A DNA stretch of 64,000 nt from Dimorphilus gyrociliatus (Eukaryota > Animalia > Annelida): positions 1 through 64,000 of the forward strand of contig CAJFCJ010000092.1 of the NCBI GenBank assembly GCA_904063045.1, written 5' to 3'. The stretch's first letter is position 1. Every line of letters begins with the position of its first letter. The notes below the pieces were generated by a model. It saw only the letters and a list, made by a program, of their open reading frames with translations, was not told the DNA's origin and made no database searches. Made by a program: the position numbers and the translations under genes. Shown piece after piece: positions 50,159 through 61,989 of this stretch.

Positions 50159-50432
50159 CTTTTCCAACATCCTTTAGTAAGTCAGTAGGGTTTTCTTTCA
50201 GCTCTACTTCCTCATTTATCGTTAAAGCTTCGTGGCTTACATTTTACGCAAGAGTCCCAAGAGCTATTGGTGATGGTTTATAACCAATTTTGCAACACAA
50301 CTTCTGTCCAGTTGTGATCATTTTTGTTTTCCAAACAAAACTTTGTTGCTGATGGTAAATATCTTGATGGTATCTGTAGCGCCATCTGTTATTAAATAAA
50401 GTCATAATAAACAAACTACTGGTTATAAACAT
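50159..50432 (-). pseudogene. Pseudogenised TNFR exon 1 (third ectodomain copy)
   Basis: CKIGYKPSP / DSCVKCKPRSFNDK*GSR...Y*LTKGCWKR, with a frameshift and two TGA codons, ending at the same AG|GTTT donor as both intact copies. Confidence 0.7.
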
Positions 50433-50699
50433 TTACTAAGTATAATATCTCTTTAGATTGCATTTAGTAAAGTAGAGAATTTCCTATGGTTATTATAATC
50501 ATATATAACAATTCAAAAAACTTATAACCATAGATTTTATTGATGTAACTCTTTTTTTTATACAACCATATTCGGACGGGAGCCATACGATAATTAGAAT
50601 TTCACTTAAGAAATGATAAAGGTCATTGAATATTAAAAGTATAGATAGAACAAACAAACAAATTTCGTCCATCAGATAAAGTTTTTATTTGCACTTGTA

Positions 50700-51296
50700 T
50701 TAGCAGGACCTCAGTACAGTGGATGAATCTGTTATCAGAATTGGATCATTATCTGAATGAGTTATATCAATAGTTTTTCTCTCCAAAGAATCTGAACCAT
50801 GCTTCCATTCCCACTTCCTTTCTATGTCATTGTTTTCAGAAGAGCTTGAGAATTCATTTAGACCATGATTATCATTAGTATTGTAACCAGTATCAGGTTT
50901 TATAATTTCTATATCTGAGTCCTTACTATCTGAGATTTCTGATGGAGTGCCATGGTTTAGGGCACGTTGTTCCATCATTACTATACTGACTTTGCTTTGT
51001 TGAGGTTGCCTTATTCTTTTAGCTAGGTTCCCTTTCCTGCTATCAAATTGCAGACAACAATGTTTTGCTTCAAAATTAAGGTTTGCTCCTACACTTTGTA
51101 GGAAATCAAAACCAAATATTATTAAGGTAAAATGATTGGATTGAAACAGTGAAGACTTAAATATTTGTAGGTTTGTCTCCAATATCCAATCACCACTTTA
51201 CAGTTGGTGAAAAGGAATTTGAAAAATCTCTTTTGGATAAGGTGTTTTGCAATTCCAAAAATTTCCGACAAAATAGAACTTTTTTGAAAGTTCCAT
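50700..51296 (-). CDS. Hypothetical low-complexity protein, probably 2 exons
   Basis: MELSKKFYFVGNFWNCKTPYPKEIFQIPFHQL followed by a GT donor, and a Ser/Asp/Asn-rich open frame 50700-51182. No family recognised. Confidence 0.3.
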
Positions 51297-51697
51297 TATT
51301 GAAATTCGCAAATATAGACACATTACTTATTTTTTTGTGTACAATCAGTTTATTATTCATGAGTAGTATTCAATATTGTAATTAACACTGAAAGGAAACA
51401 TCAAACGGATACGACAGAAAACATCCCCAAATGCACAGTTTAACCCTAACCCTAACCTAGCCCTTGTCTCTCCTTAACCTTTTTGATTGCTCCTAACCCT
51501 TAGATGGAACCTCCTTAATTATAAATCAATAGCTATTTTACTCCTCTTAACCAGTTTTCAATCCGAAATATTGCTTTCAAAAATCTCATTTGGGTACATT
51601 TTCAATCAGCAGCAAACACATGGTTAGATTTATAATATCGATTAGTAGCAGAGTGATTTATTCATCCCTCTTCATTGAAAATATATTTCTTTTTACA

Positions 51698-52554
51698 TTA
51701 AACTACTGTTCTTTCCATTCTATAATATCCCTAAAAATATAATTATTGCAATTTTATTAAAATATATATAGGACTACTAACTGTATCTCCAAACATGAAT
51801 ATTTTTGTACCATAATAGGCTTTAGCAGCAATATAACCCCAATTTTCATACAACTTTTTAGCTCTTTCATTGTGATGTGCAACTAACAAACATACTTTCT
51901 ATAAAGAAAGAAGATGAATTTTTAAATAATCAACTAAGGAAATCTAACTTTTAATCCTCTGCCTTTTGCTTCTTCATCAGCAGCATTTAAGAGAATTTTC
52001 CCGATACCTTTGCCCCTGCACTGGCTATCAACAACTAAATGATCAATAATACATTCATCATCCTTCATTGTATATAAATATTCCAACATTCCAGAAGAGA
52101 GAATAACTTTAAATACAGATTTGAATGATATATCTGCACGATAATTGCCATATTTCATTGGTTTAACACTAGATATTTTTTTGTAAGAAAGTATTATGTT
52201 CATTCATTTTAAAGTGAAAAAAAAATGTACAAACTGTGGATATTTCATTTGACAAATTCCAACAATTTTTCCATTTTCTTCTGCAACTAATGTATTTGGA
52301 ATTACTGTCTCAGCAACTCTAAAATCGTGAATGAATAATTTTCTGACTTCATCCATCTCTTCTTCTCTGAATGTATATTTCCATTTAAAAGGAAAACCTT
52401 GTAAAAATAAATCCACAATTCTCTCAATGTCATCATCATTTGCCTGTCTGACTGTAATATTAGGATTATCTATAATCTTATTGGATTTTACTATTTGACA
52501 ATTTTCATCAATATCCAATTGCACAGTTTTGAAAAACAATTTAAAAAACCACAT
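51698..52554 (-). CDS. GNAT-family N-acetyltransferase, 4 exons
   Basis: VRQANDDDIERIVDLF; LVAEENGKIVG; motif A IDHLVVDSQCRGKGIGKILL; motif B LLVAHHNERAKKLYENWGY; last exon GYYRMERTVV*. Three small GT-AG introns join in frame. Confidence 0.88.
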
Positions 52555-53142
52555 TTTGTCTAAAATCTTAATATTTTTGGTGAAAATATCTTTGAAAATG
52601 TCTTCTTTAAAAAGTTTGGATACAACTGACTACTATTTCAAATTTATAGCCAATAGCAGTTATATGGTACAGTTCGCTTTTTTCAGGTCAACCAAATCAA
52701 TAGAGCTTGATAGGCCTAGTAATTTTATGACTAATACTCACGTGCCTACTTAATATTCTATATATCTCGTTTTATAAATTATTTTAGAATATATATTTCT
52801 TTGATTTTATACTCTTTTTTTGTATAGTGGAAGAAAAGGATTAGCAAAGATATGGACAATACAGTTTCTGTTGATTATTTAAACATATTTCTTACATTTT
52901 TATCAGAATTCGTAAATTTCAAAAATAGGATATCTGGCACTTTTCACGATTTTTTCAGAAAAAACGTATTTTTTGTTATTTAAATAGTAAAATACAAAAA
53001 CTTAATTAATTGAATATGTTGATTACAAAGTCACAATTTGACATGTCGAATTATTGGATTGTAAAATTAATGTTAAGGAAAATAATTTTAATTAATATAG
53101 AAAATAGCTGGGTGTTCAAAAATAGGTTACCTGTACTATATA

Positions 53143-54804
53143 TAGTGGTCGACAAAAAAACCCGGACACCATAAATTTTGATAGGCCAAACATTATAAAT
53201 CTTTTTCACCAGCAAAAAAGATTTTTTCTTTTATTTTTCAGGTATAAAATAGTAGTTTAAAGTTTGATATATACGTGAGTTTCTTTTGAATATCATTTAG
53301 ATAAGTTTTCACATAAGTGTTTTTGTTTTCTTATTATCCATTTTTTGATGATTTTTTTTCTTATTTGGCCATGAGACATTATTACTTGGACGATGGTTTG
53401 GGGATTAATATTTTTATTATTTTTGAATATGACAACCCTCATTTGCAATACATTTGCTAATCCTACCTCCCATCCCTGCATATAACTTTGGTAGCAAGTC
53501 AGGATTTTGACTTATAACCTGGTATGAACATTTTTTTATTATCCCCCACAGTTCATCCCCAGATTGAAATTGTGCCCCATTGTAAACTAAATTTTTTGTC
53601 AGGTGCCACATATTTTCTATAGGGCTCAGGTCAGGGCTCTTTGCTGGCCAATCAATTGGATTGATACCATTCATTCTAAAGGCCCTCCTAGTTGCTCTTG
53701 CTGTGTGGCAGCCTGTGTTATCTTGTTGGAAGATGTAATTCCTGCCCATTTTGAGTGATATCTCTTCAATGACAGGAAGAACATCTTCCACAACAAAACA
53801 GCTATAATTTTGGGCAGTCAATTTTGTGACTTATCCTCCAAACTTCAAATACCCCATCTGAGGTTATTAATCCCCACACCATCACTCCACCTCTTCCCAT
53901 ATTTTTAGTGACTCTAAAATTTTTTTTCACCATCTTTTGTCCATGTCCTGAAATCATCAGGCCCACTCAGAGAGAATCTGGCCTCATCTGTGAAAATCAC
54001 TCTTGACCAGTCCAGATTTTCAGCAATTGTTTTGAGGCAGTATTCTTTTCTTCTTGCTCAATCCTTAGGTGTGAGATCAACTCTCTGTCTAATCCTTTTA
54101 TAATTATAATTTTGCCTCTTCATCTCTCTCTGAATGGTCTTGAGACTCACATAGACCTCTAATTCTGCTAAGACCTTTCCTGCTGTCACCCTTTCCTTAT
54201 TTCTCTTAAGTCTCTTTACTATTCTTTTTATCCTCACTATGTCTCTTTCTGTTAGCTTCTTTGTACAACCCCTGTTCTCTTGTTGTGGTGGCTGATATCT
54301 CAAAATGTCACTAATGGTAGATGGTGCCATTCCCAAAGCCCTTGCAGTTGCCCTAATTTTTCCCAATTCTTCGTATTTCTTAAATACTAGATTCCTAACC
54401 TCTTTACCCCATGCCATAATTAAGTAAATAGAATTTAAAGTTAACTACAGTAATTAAAATAGATCAAAAGTGATTACTTAACTTTGAAAATTAGTTTGGT
54501 CAAAAAAAATTTCTGTTTGGGATGTTAATTTGAATCCAAAACTGGAAACAAAATGGATGTGTGGTTAATAACGTCTCACAGCCAAATATAGAAAAAATTA
54601 ATTAAAATTAGTAAAAATGTTTTTCCTATTAATATTCACAATATGATAATTTTGTCATTTTTTTTCAATATTACAGAAATATAACCCTTTATCAATGTAA
54701 ATTGCCTAAAAAAACTAATTTCAAACTAAAAAACATATTTTTGGGGTGATTTAAAAATTGGCCTATCAAAATTTACAGTGTCCGGGTTTTTTAGTCCACC
54801 ACTA
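53143..54804 (-). mobile_element. Full-length but inactivated Tc1-like (DD34E) transposon
   Basis: About 45-bp TIRs (gtggtcgacaaaaaaacccggacaccataaattttgataggccaa and its near reverse complement at the right end), TA flanks, HTH ORF 54417-54058, FTDE, QQDN-34-E (SPDLSPIENMW); internal stops and a frameshift. Confidence 0.92.
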
Positions 54805-54857
54805 TATATATAGTATATAACTCTGTGTGTGTGTATGTGTGTGTGTGTCTTTCAAAA

Positions 54858-55260
54858 GTTCTGGACTATTAATTATTTTGAATAGTCTTCTGGCATCATC
54901 AAATACTTTAAAAGACTTAAATTTATCAATGTGTCCGCTAACAGATGACTTATTGTTAGAAATTGGGAAAATGCTGGAAGAATTTCCAAGATTTGAAATT
55001 GTAGATTTGAGCAGAAATACAGAAATTAGTATCAATGGAATATTAAGTGCAATGCATAATTTTGATAGGAAAGAGCAGTACAGTGTATGTAATAGGTATG
55101 ATTGCAAAATACTAGACATTTTGCTGTAATTTGAAAATGGCCCCAACTTATAATATTGATTACTTTGCAAATATATCTCCAAATCTGTAAACTTTCATTA
55201 AGAAAACTTTCATTGGGTTCTGTCAAGCCATTACAAAATTATTTTGGTGCGAGCAACAGT
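54858..55260 (+). pseudogene. Orphan RI-like LRR exon or relic between the two Tc1 copies
   Basis: Acceptor after (TG)n, then SSNTLKDLNLSMCPLTDDLLLEIGKMLEEFPRFEIVDLSRN; downstream frames are broken. Confidence 0.45.
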
Positions 55261-55679
55261 AAGTCATGTCTACACATTCCTAAACTTAACCCTTTTACGT
55301 TTTAGTATATTTTAACTAGCTTTGAATTTTAAAAAACAGTTCTTTTTTGTTCCATTTCCATAAAACAATGTCAAAGGTTAGTTGTTATTTGTCAAGCTCA
55401 ATATTTTATTTAAGTATACAAACTTACATATGAACTGTGTGGTCCATTTTCATGGGTAAAGGAATAGGATAGGTTTTTTTTGAGATCCTCATAAATACAT
55501 TTTACACCAAAAGAGGTAGGTTCAAAGGAGATTCAGTGTTGGTATAGTAAAGATGTAATTAAATGCTATTTAAAATGAAAATATTGAAAAGTGACTGACT
55601 GTACAGTGATCTTTTGGTATTTATTGAAAAAACTTGTATCCATAATAAAATTCGGAAGCCAAAGTTTTGGTCTGTCTAT

Positions 55680-55860
55680 CAGGGTCAGGATAATTCGCCC
55701 CAAGACAGTTCACCCCATTTCAGGGACAGTTTACCCTTTTTTTTAGGATAGTTGACCAGCTAATCTATTATTTACTAACTCTAGGCCTACCAAACCTTTA
55801 GTGTAAGTGTAATAAGAGACTTATCAATCAATCAGCCTTTGATTTTACAAACCCTAACCA
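55680..55860. mobile_element. Probable non-autonomous element abutting the truncated end of the second Tc1
   Basis: Repeated motif ggataattcgcccc / gacagttcacccc / gacagtttaccc plus aaaccctaacc; Tc1 homology stops at its edge. Confidence 0.3.
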
Positions 55861-57101
55861 ATCACCATCCTCTGTCCTGAACTGTGGACCATCATATACC
55901 ATTGTCTTGGTCAGATGCCGCATGTTCTCTATTGGACTCAGATCAGGGCTCCTTGCTGGCCAATCTATTGGTTTGATGTCATTGCTTTTAAAGGCCCTTT
56001 TCATTTTTCTTCCAGTGTGACAGCCAGCATTGTCTTGCTGGAAGATTTACTGCCTGCCCATTTTTGCCTCAATTTCTTCTATGACAGGCAGAACATCTTC
56101 CACAATGAAGGAGCTATAGTTTTCAGCATTCAACTTGCTCCTTATCCTCCAGACTTCAAATATGCCATCAGAGGTTATCAACCCCCACACCAATACTCCA
56201 CCTCTCCCCATATTTTTTTGACCCTGAAGTCCTTTTTGCTGTTGCTGGTCCAAGTCCCAAAATCGTCAGGTCCACTTAGCAAAAACCTAGCCTCATCAGT
56301 AAAAATAACCCTAGACCAATCTAGATTTTCGCTAATAACTTTGAGGCAGTATGCTTTTCTGCATTTACAGTCTTTGGAGGTGAGATGAGTTCTTTGTCTG
56401 ACTCTTTTTATTTGAAATTTTGTCTTTTCAGCTCAATCTGTATTGTTCTTACACTTACATCTACTTCTAATTCCTTTAATATCTTTGCTGCTGTCACTCT
56501 TTGCTTGTTATCTTTCAGTTTCTTTATATTTCTTTTCATCCTGTCGGAAAGCTTCTTCAGACCTCCCCTATTGTCTTGTTCTGGCTGCTTGTACTTCAAT
56601 ATGTTACTAACTGATGATGGTGCCATTCCTAAAACTCTTGCTGTTACCCTTTATTTCCTTATTTTGCTATATTTCTTGATTACCAAATCCCTTATATCTT
56701 GACTCCAAACCATAATTAAAAAAATACAATATAAATTATGTACAGTAATTTTTAATATTCAATAACTAATTAAGTTAACTTAAAACAGGAAAAAAGTTGA
56801 AAAATTTTTTGTTTGAGACATCTATTTGAATGTCAAACCAGATGTCAACTCAATGTTCCAATAAACATGTCACGTGGCCAAATAAAGAAAAAAGTTATGA
56901 AAATTATTAAAAATTTTTGCTAATAATGTTCACAAAATATTATCATTTTCTTAAATTTTTTTCAATATTATGTCAATTTAACTCTTTTTCTACATAAATT
57001 TAGACAAAAAATACTAATTTGCAGAGGACAAACAATTTTAACTGTTAATTAAAAATTGGCCTATCAAAATTTATGGCATCCATATATACATGTCGTCCAC
57101 T
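55860..57101 (-). mobile_element. Second, diverged and 3'-truncated Tc1 copy of the same family
   Basis: MAPSSVSNILKYKQP..., NMGRGGVLVWGLITSDGIFEVWRI; right TIR ttggcctatcaaaatttatgg...tgtcgtccact; the left TIR and C-terminus are missing. Confidence 0.85.
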
Positions 57102-57469
57102 TTATCTGAAACATTGTTATATCACTGTATTCTTTGAGAATAGAAAAGTGAACAATGTTAATGAAGTTATACTCTCAACTCTAAAATCATCACTCACTGT
57201 GCTGTATGTAACAAATTGACCTATTTTTACATAATACATTCTTTCTTCTCTCTCTCTTTCTCTCTTTTGTTTATACACATTTATTGATAAAATATGATTT
57301 TTTATGAAATGTAATCTATAATGAGATTATTTCTTTAATAAAATTATGCAGTTTTTACTGATTAGATTAAAAGAGGAAGAAAAAATATATTTTATGTTGT
57401 AATATGATCTCTTTTCAGGCCTGATTCTATGCAATCTCTTTTTTAGACTTTTCGGGATCTCTACATGGG

Positions 57470-58910
57470 GTTGGGTGCGAATGTACCTGGGTGCAAATGT
57501 ACTGAGTGCGAACATATCAGGTACATGTGCACCCTTTTTTTCTTTATTATTTTTATTGATTTTTCATAGAAATAGTTTGGTTAGTGATATATATGTATAT
57601 ATATATAATGATTTGAAAAAGTAAAAATATTTCATCAATGTGAATTATTATTTAAAAAACTAAAATGTTGTTGAAAAGTGAAGTGGTAGCCATTTCAAAA
57701 GTGGAAGTGGTAGAAATAAACTTTCACTTTGAAAGGCATATACTTAAAAAAGTCAGTTATATTTTCTGAATGAATTGTGAACAAAGTGCTTCTTAATATA
57801 TTTTACAGAGGTAAATTTCTAAATACTTTTAAGCAGATTTTTGAAGAGGAATATTTTAATTTAATGTATTTTTCTGTAATAGCAAATTATTTCAATATTT
57901 GTCATAAATAAAATTTCAGCCATTTTGAATATTTGGAAAGGACATTGATTGAGGTCTCACAATTATTTTTAATAATCAAGTGAATTTGTTCTGATTTTAT
58001 ATCATGGATTTGAAAAGTAATAATTCTACTAAATGATGGATACTCTTTTGTTGTTAAACATAAAACACTTACAAGTACAATTTGGGTATTCAGTTTGAGA
58101 AGTAAGAAGAAAAAATGTGTAGCTACAATAAGACAAAATGGAAGTATATTTATTAAAGGCAATCTGGAACATAATCCTAAAAGAAGAGATAATTTAGAAG
58201 TAGATGTTAAAGTAAACACAGATTTGAAAACTATTTGCAAAAGTGATAACAAAACATCTGGAAGAAGCATTGCTGAAAATGTTCTTTTATCATATGAACC
58301 TAATGCTAAATGTCTTCCTGATATCAATAACTTAAAAAGAGTGGCAAACTCAAATAGACAAAAATTTAGGCCAGTTGAATCAAAAGTGTATAATTTCAAT
58401 TTGAACACAACTTTTTTACCTGATGAATTTCTTCAGAAAGATATTTGTGAAAATGGAGAAAGAATTTTAATTTTTGCAACAACCCACCAGCTGGACCTAT
58501 TATCAAAATCCCACTAATGGTATATTCATGGCACTTTTAAAATTGTCAAAGAACGCTTTTATCAGCTTGTCACTGTTCATTCTTTTGTTAAAAAGAGTGG
58601 TGATATGAAGCAAGTACCTCTTGTTTTCATTTTCTTAACTTCAAAGCATACCAATGCATATACACAAGCTTTTCAGGTGAATATTTCTTATTTTCTCCAC
58701 AAGAATGTTGATGAAATATAATTGTGTTTGCAGCATATCAACAGTCTGATAAATGATGAGCATCCCAAAAGAATTACAATGGACTTTGAAAAAGGACTAT
58801 GGAAAGCATTAATAAAAATATACCCTAATACTGAGTTTCAAGGTTGTGTGTTTCATTTCACACAAGCAGTTTATAGGAAAATACAGATAACTTATATAGA
58901 TATAAAACAT
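57470..58910 (+). mobile_element. Defective Mutator-like (MULE) transposon with an intron-containing transposase
   Basis: Three tandem gggtgcgaatgtac-like motifs near 57474-57520; FLYWCH-like N-terminus; H*WYIHGTFK (stop, first catalytic D to H); QVPLVF; intron 58677-58733 in frame; ITMDFEKG; GCVFHFTQAVYRKIQ; truncated afterwards. Confidence 0.8.
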
Positions 58911-58975
58911 ATTGGACATTGAATAACTTGAATTAGAACATTTTTCCACCCAAAGAAAACAGCAAATAATACATA

Positions 58976-59916
58976 TCAGCGAAGTTCAGTTTTCACTTCA
59001 ATAAAAAATCCTTCTTTTTTAGATGATCCATCAGTTTTGAAAGTGAATTTTACATCATGAAGAATTGGAATTTGATAGAAATGATCTTTTGAATAATATT
59101 TTGTGTCTAACATATTTCTTGTTCCAGGTACACCTAAGCAAAATACAAAAAATGCTTGATTGTTGTATTATATTACATTGAAATCATACCATTTGAATTA
59201 AATATCTTCGTTTCTCCACAAATTCTTGCAGAATCATAATATTGAGAAATTTCTAGGTGATCTTTGTCACATTTTGGAGAATCTTCCACTTGAAATCTAC
59301 GAAACTTGATGAATATGTTCTTTTTTTTGTAGAGAGAGAAATTTTGCAATATTTAATAAAGACTTAAAAAAGGTCAGAATCGTTTTAACAAACCACTTGA
59401 CAGCCTACTGAATACTTTAGGGTTAAAGATGAGTCTATATTATCTTCATAGGGGCTATCTGATTTTATATTATATATATCATTTTTACAGGGTAGTCTAA
59501 AGTTTAACTTTGATGACCCCTTTAGATGGAAAGTTCTTCTAGGGGTAGGTGTTGTTAATTCCATTTCTGAAATATAAAATTTTAAATAATAAAATATATA
59601 ATCCATATTTCGAATTACGTTTATCATAAATTCCATTTTCAAGTTTTTCTGAAATGAAAAATTTTGCTTTAGTATACAAATTTTCTAAAATATCTTGATA
59701 TTTTTCCATACTTAATGATTCAAGAATTTTAATCTGATTTTGTAAAAGATTTATAAGGGATTCCTTAAAAATTCTCCTTTCTTCTTTTATCTCTGAACAG
59801 AGACAGTCGCTTCTTATCTATTTATGTTAGAAAATAGAATATTTTATAAAATATAGTGACATTATTTTTACCTCTTTTAATAATCCAAGGAAAACTAATA
59901 TAAAAACTGCCTTCAT
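58976..59916 (-). CDS. Secreted protein with a helical N-terminal segment and one CUB domain, 5 exons
   Basis: Mostly absent from the ORF track. MKAVFILVFLGLLKE|IRSDCLC...GIYDK|QMELTTPT...PCKNDIYNIKSDSPYEDN...CQV|NIFIKFRRFQVEDSPKCDKDHLEI...RICG...|...VKFTFKTDGSSKKEGFFIEV..*; all junctions GT-AG and in frame. Confidence 0.8.
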
Positions 59917-60149
59917 TTTCTCTCTTAACAAAGACAATTTCTACAGTTAGCTAAGTGTTCACTGCAATGGAATAACAAAAAACATTGTTCACTCTGCTTT
60001 ATAGCATAGTTTTAGTGTTTGATCAGGTGAGACCTTAGTTTACTTTGCAACAATTACAGGCTGAATAAACAAAGTTATATTTGGAAAAATCAATTATTCA
60101 GTTCTAGTTGAACAATATTCTTTAAATCATAATACATGAAATCAAACTT

Positions 60150-61250
60150 TTGTATTTGGGTGTAGAAGTATCTTCATCATTGAAAATCATAATGTTTAAA
60201 GATGATAAGGCAATCTTTAAATGCTGTGTTGATAGTTTTCATGGATATGAGCATACAACTTGTAATAAATTTCATGAGATAGAATTTAACTTTATTACAA
60301 TTCAAAATCTATCACCTATTTTGGAATTTAAATTAAGTGAATTGGATTGTTTTTATACAAGGAAAATAATTAACAATTTAACAAAATTTGAAATGATAAG
60401 TAAGTCTAGTTTTTTTTTGTTTTTACATTTTTAATCATTTTCTCATAAAATTCACAATCAACAAATTGCCTTTATGAGATTGTCTACTCAGAACCTTTGG
60501 CTGCTGTGTTGTTTAAACATAGTCTACTCTTCCCTTTGATTCTGATATCTTCAAAATAATAAATTTTATGATTTAATTTTTTGGTATTACAGAGACTTTC
60601 TGCCAGCAATCTGGCATTAAGTTCTGTCTCCATCTCTCCAAAATAGTATTTCAATGATATTTGATATAGGATTCCTATATAGAGTATGAGAAAGTACTCA
60701 AGAATGATAAAGTTAGTCAGTTTGAAATTGGAAATGGAGGAATTAATTGGAAGAGTTGAAAAATACGCCCTACTAAAAATCATCTCTAAAAATGATGTAA
60801 ATTAACTAAATATTACAGTTTTGCAACCAAAATTTCAGGTATAGATTTTATATGATGATAAGTCAACTGAAAAGTATACAATACCAAATAGTCACATTAA
60901 AATTTTAGGAAATTTGCTTCAAAATTGTTCTAACATAGAAACTTAAAAATTAATAAAAATAACCAAATGGAACAAGGACTTCTGTATATCTGTGGAAGTG
61001 AAATAATAGCAAATCTGCTTTAAACTTGTAATATGCCAGATAATATAATGTTTCTTATTTCTAATAGGCTTATAAGTTTATGTGTAGAGAGGTATGCTAT
61101 AAGTTTGATTGTCAATGAGAGAAAGACATAGAAAGATAGATTGAATGGAAAAATAAGACAAAATTTCAAATAATTTGATAATGTTTTTTTTTATTTTTTA
61201 TAAAATGCCTATTTAGCAATTTGCAGATTTGACTTAATGTTTTTTCTATT
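60150..61250 (+). pseudogene. Heavily decayed RI-like LRR gene relic
   Basis: Fragments LGNLLQNCSNIET* and NNQMEQGLLYIC echo LGDLLNSCKNIETF / GIESSGFKYI of the 13906-15183 gene; many stops. Confidence 0.3.
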
Positions 61251-61333
61251 GTACTGCTCTTGCTGGCAAAATCTATGCGTTTGCAAGTTATAACAATACT
61301 GGTTCTACTCGAACCTTTAAACAAATGTTTAAA

Positions 61334-61576
61334 TTAAAACGGTTTATTCGCAATAATAATACTTAAGCAAGTAACAATATGAGAGTTCGATAGCAGAGTA
61401 GATAGTTTGTAAAAGCAGGTTGCCAAATTACCAAACTGTCTTCCAATGTTGAGGAGTACTAAATAGTAGTGGAGGTTGTTTCCAGATGATTTTCCCAGGT
61501 CCTTGGGTCCAGATGGAAGCTGCATGCCAAATGAGAATAGTGAGGATTTATATACTTTGAGGTTTGTCTCTGACAT
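61334..61576 (-). mobile_element. Possible gypsy-type integrase fragment
   Basis: LPSGP...YYLVLL...KLSTLLSNSHIVTCLSIIIA resembles the P..PW...YL.VVD...L..TTS..VI..L..IFA core; diverged. Confidence 0.35.
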
Positions 61577-61659
61577 CCAATCATCACTTTACAGTTGCCA
61601 AAATGTGTAGTTCATATTTATGTTTAGTAAGAGGATGTTACAAGGTTCAACATTTAGGA

Positions 61660-61795
61660 AGGTTAATTGAATTATAACTTGGCCACACCCTAGGCAAGTT
61701 AATTAAATTATAACTTGGCCAAACCTTTTTTTGGTAATTAAAGATGAGCCTTGAAGCTGACTAATCAGACTTATGTTTGGCCAATGTTATAGCAT
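61660..61795. repeat. Short direct plus inverted repeat structure (MITE- or LTR-like)
   Basis: attataacttggcca occurs twice and gtttggccaatgttata occurs in inverted orientation within about 130 bp. Confidence 0.3.
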
Positions 61796-61989
61796 TTTCT
61801 TGCGTAGGTTTTAAGATGTACATGTATATGTTGCATCAAATAATAGAGTTCAAGCATGTAAAATATAACCAAAGTTGTACACTATCTATAATAATTATAT
61901 TATAAAAAATGTTTACTTTTGTAAAGCAAGAAGTGTTCAAACTTCAAGGAAGACTTTAACCAAGTATGCCAAGCTTATGGTTGGTTTGG

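Noticed and set aside
51441-51463. CCCTAA telomere-like repeats (also near 31565-31585 and 55850)
   Set aside because: Only 2-3 imperfect units; more likely parts of small repetitive elements than interstitial telomeres.
58515-58517. Programmed stop read-through in the MULE transposase
   Set aside because: The adjacent catalytic Asp is also mutated and the element is truncated, so simple decay explains it.
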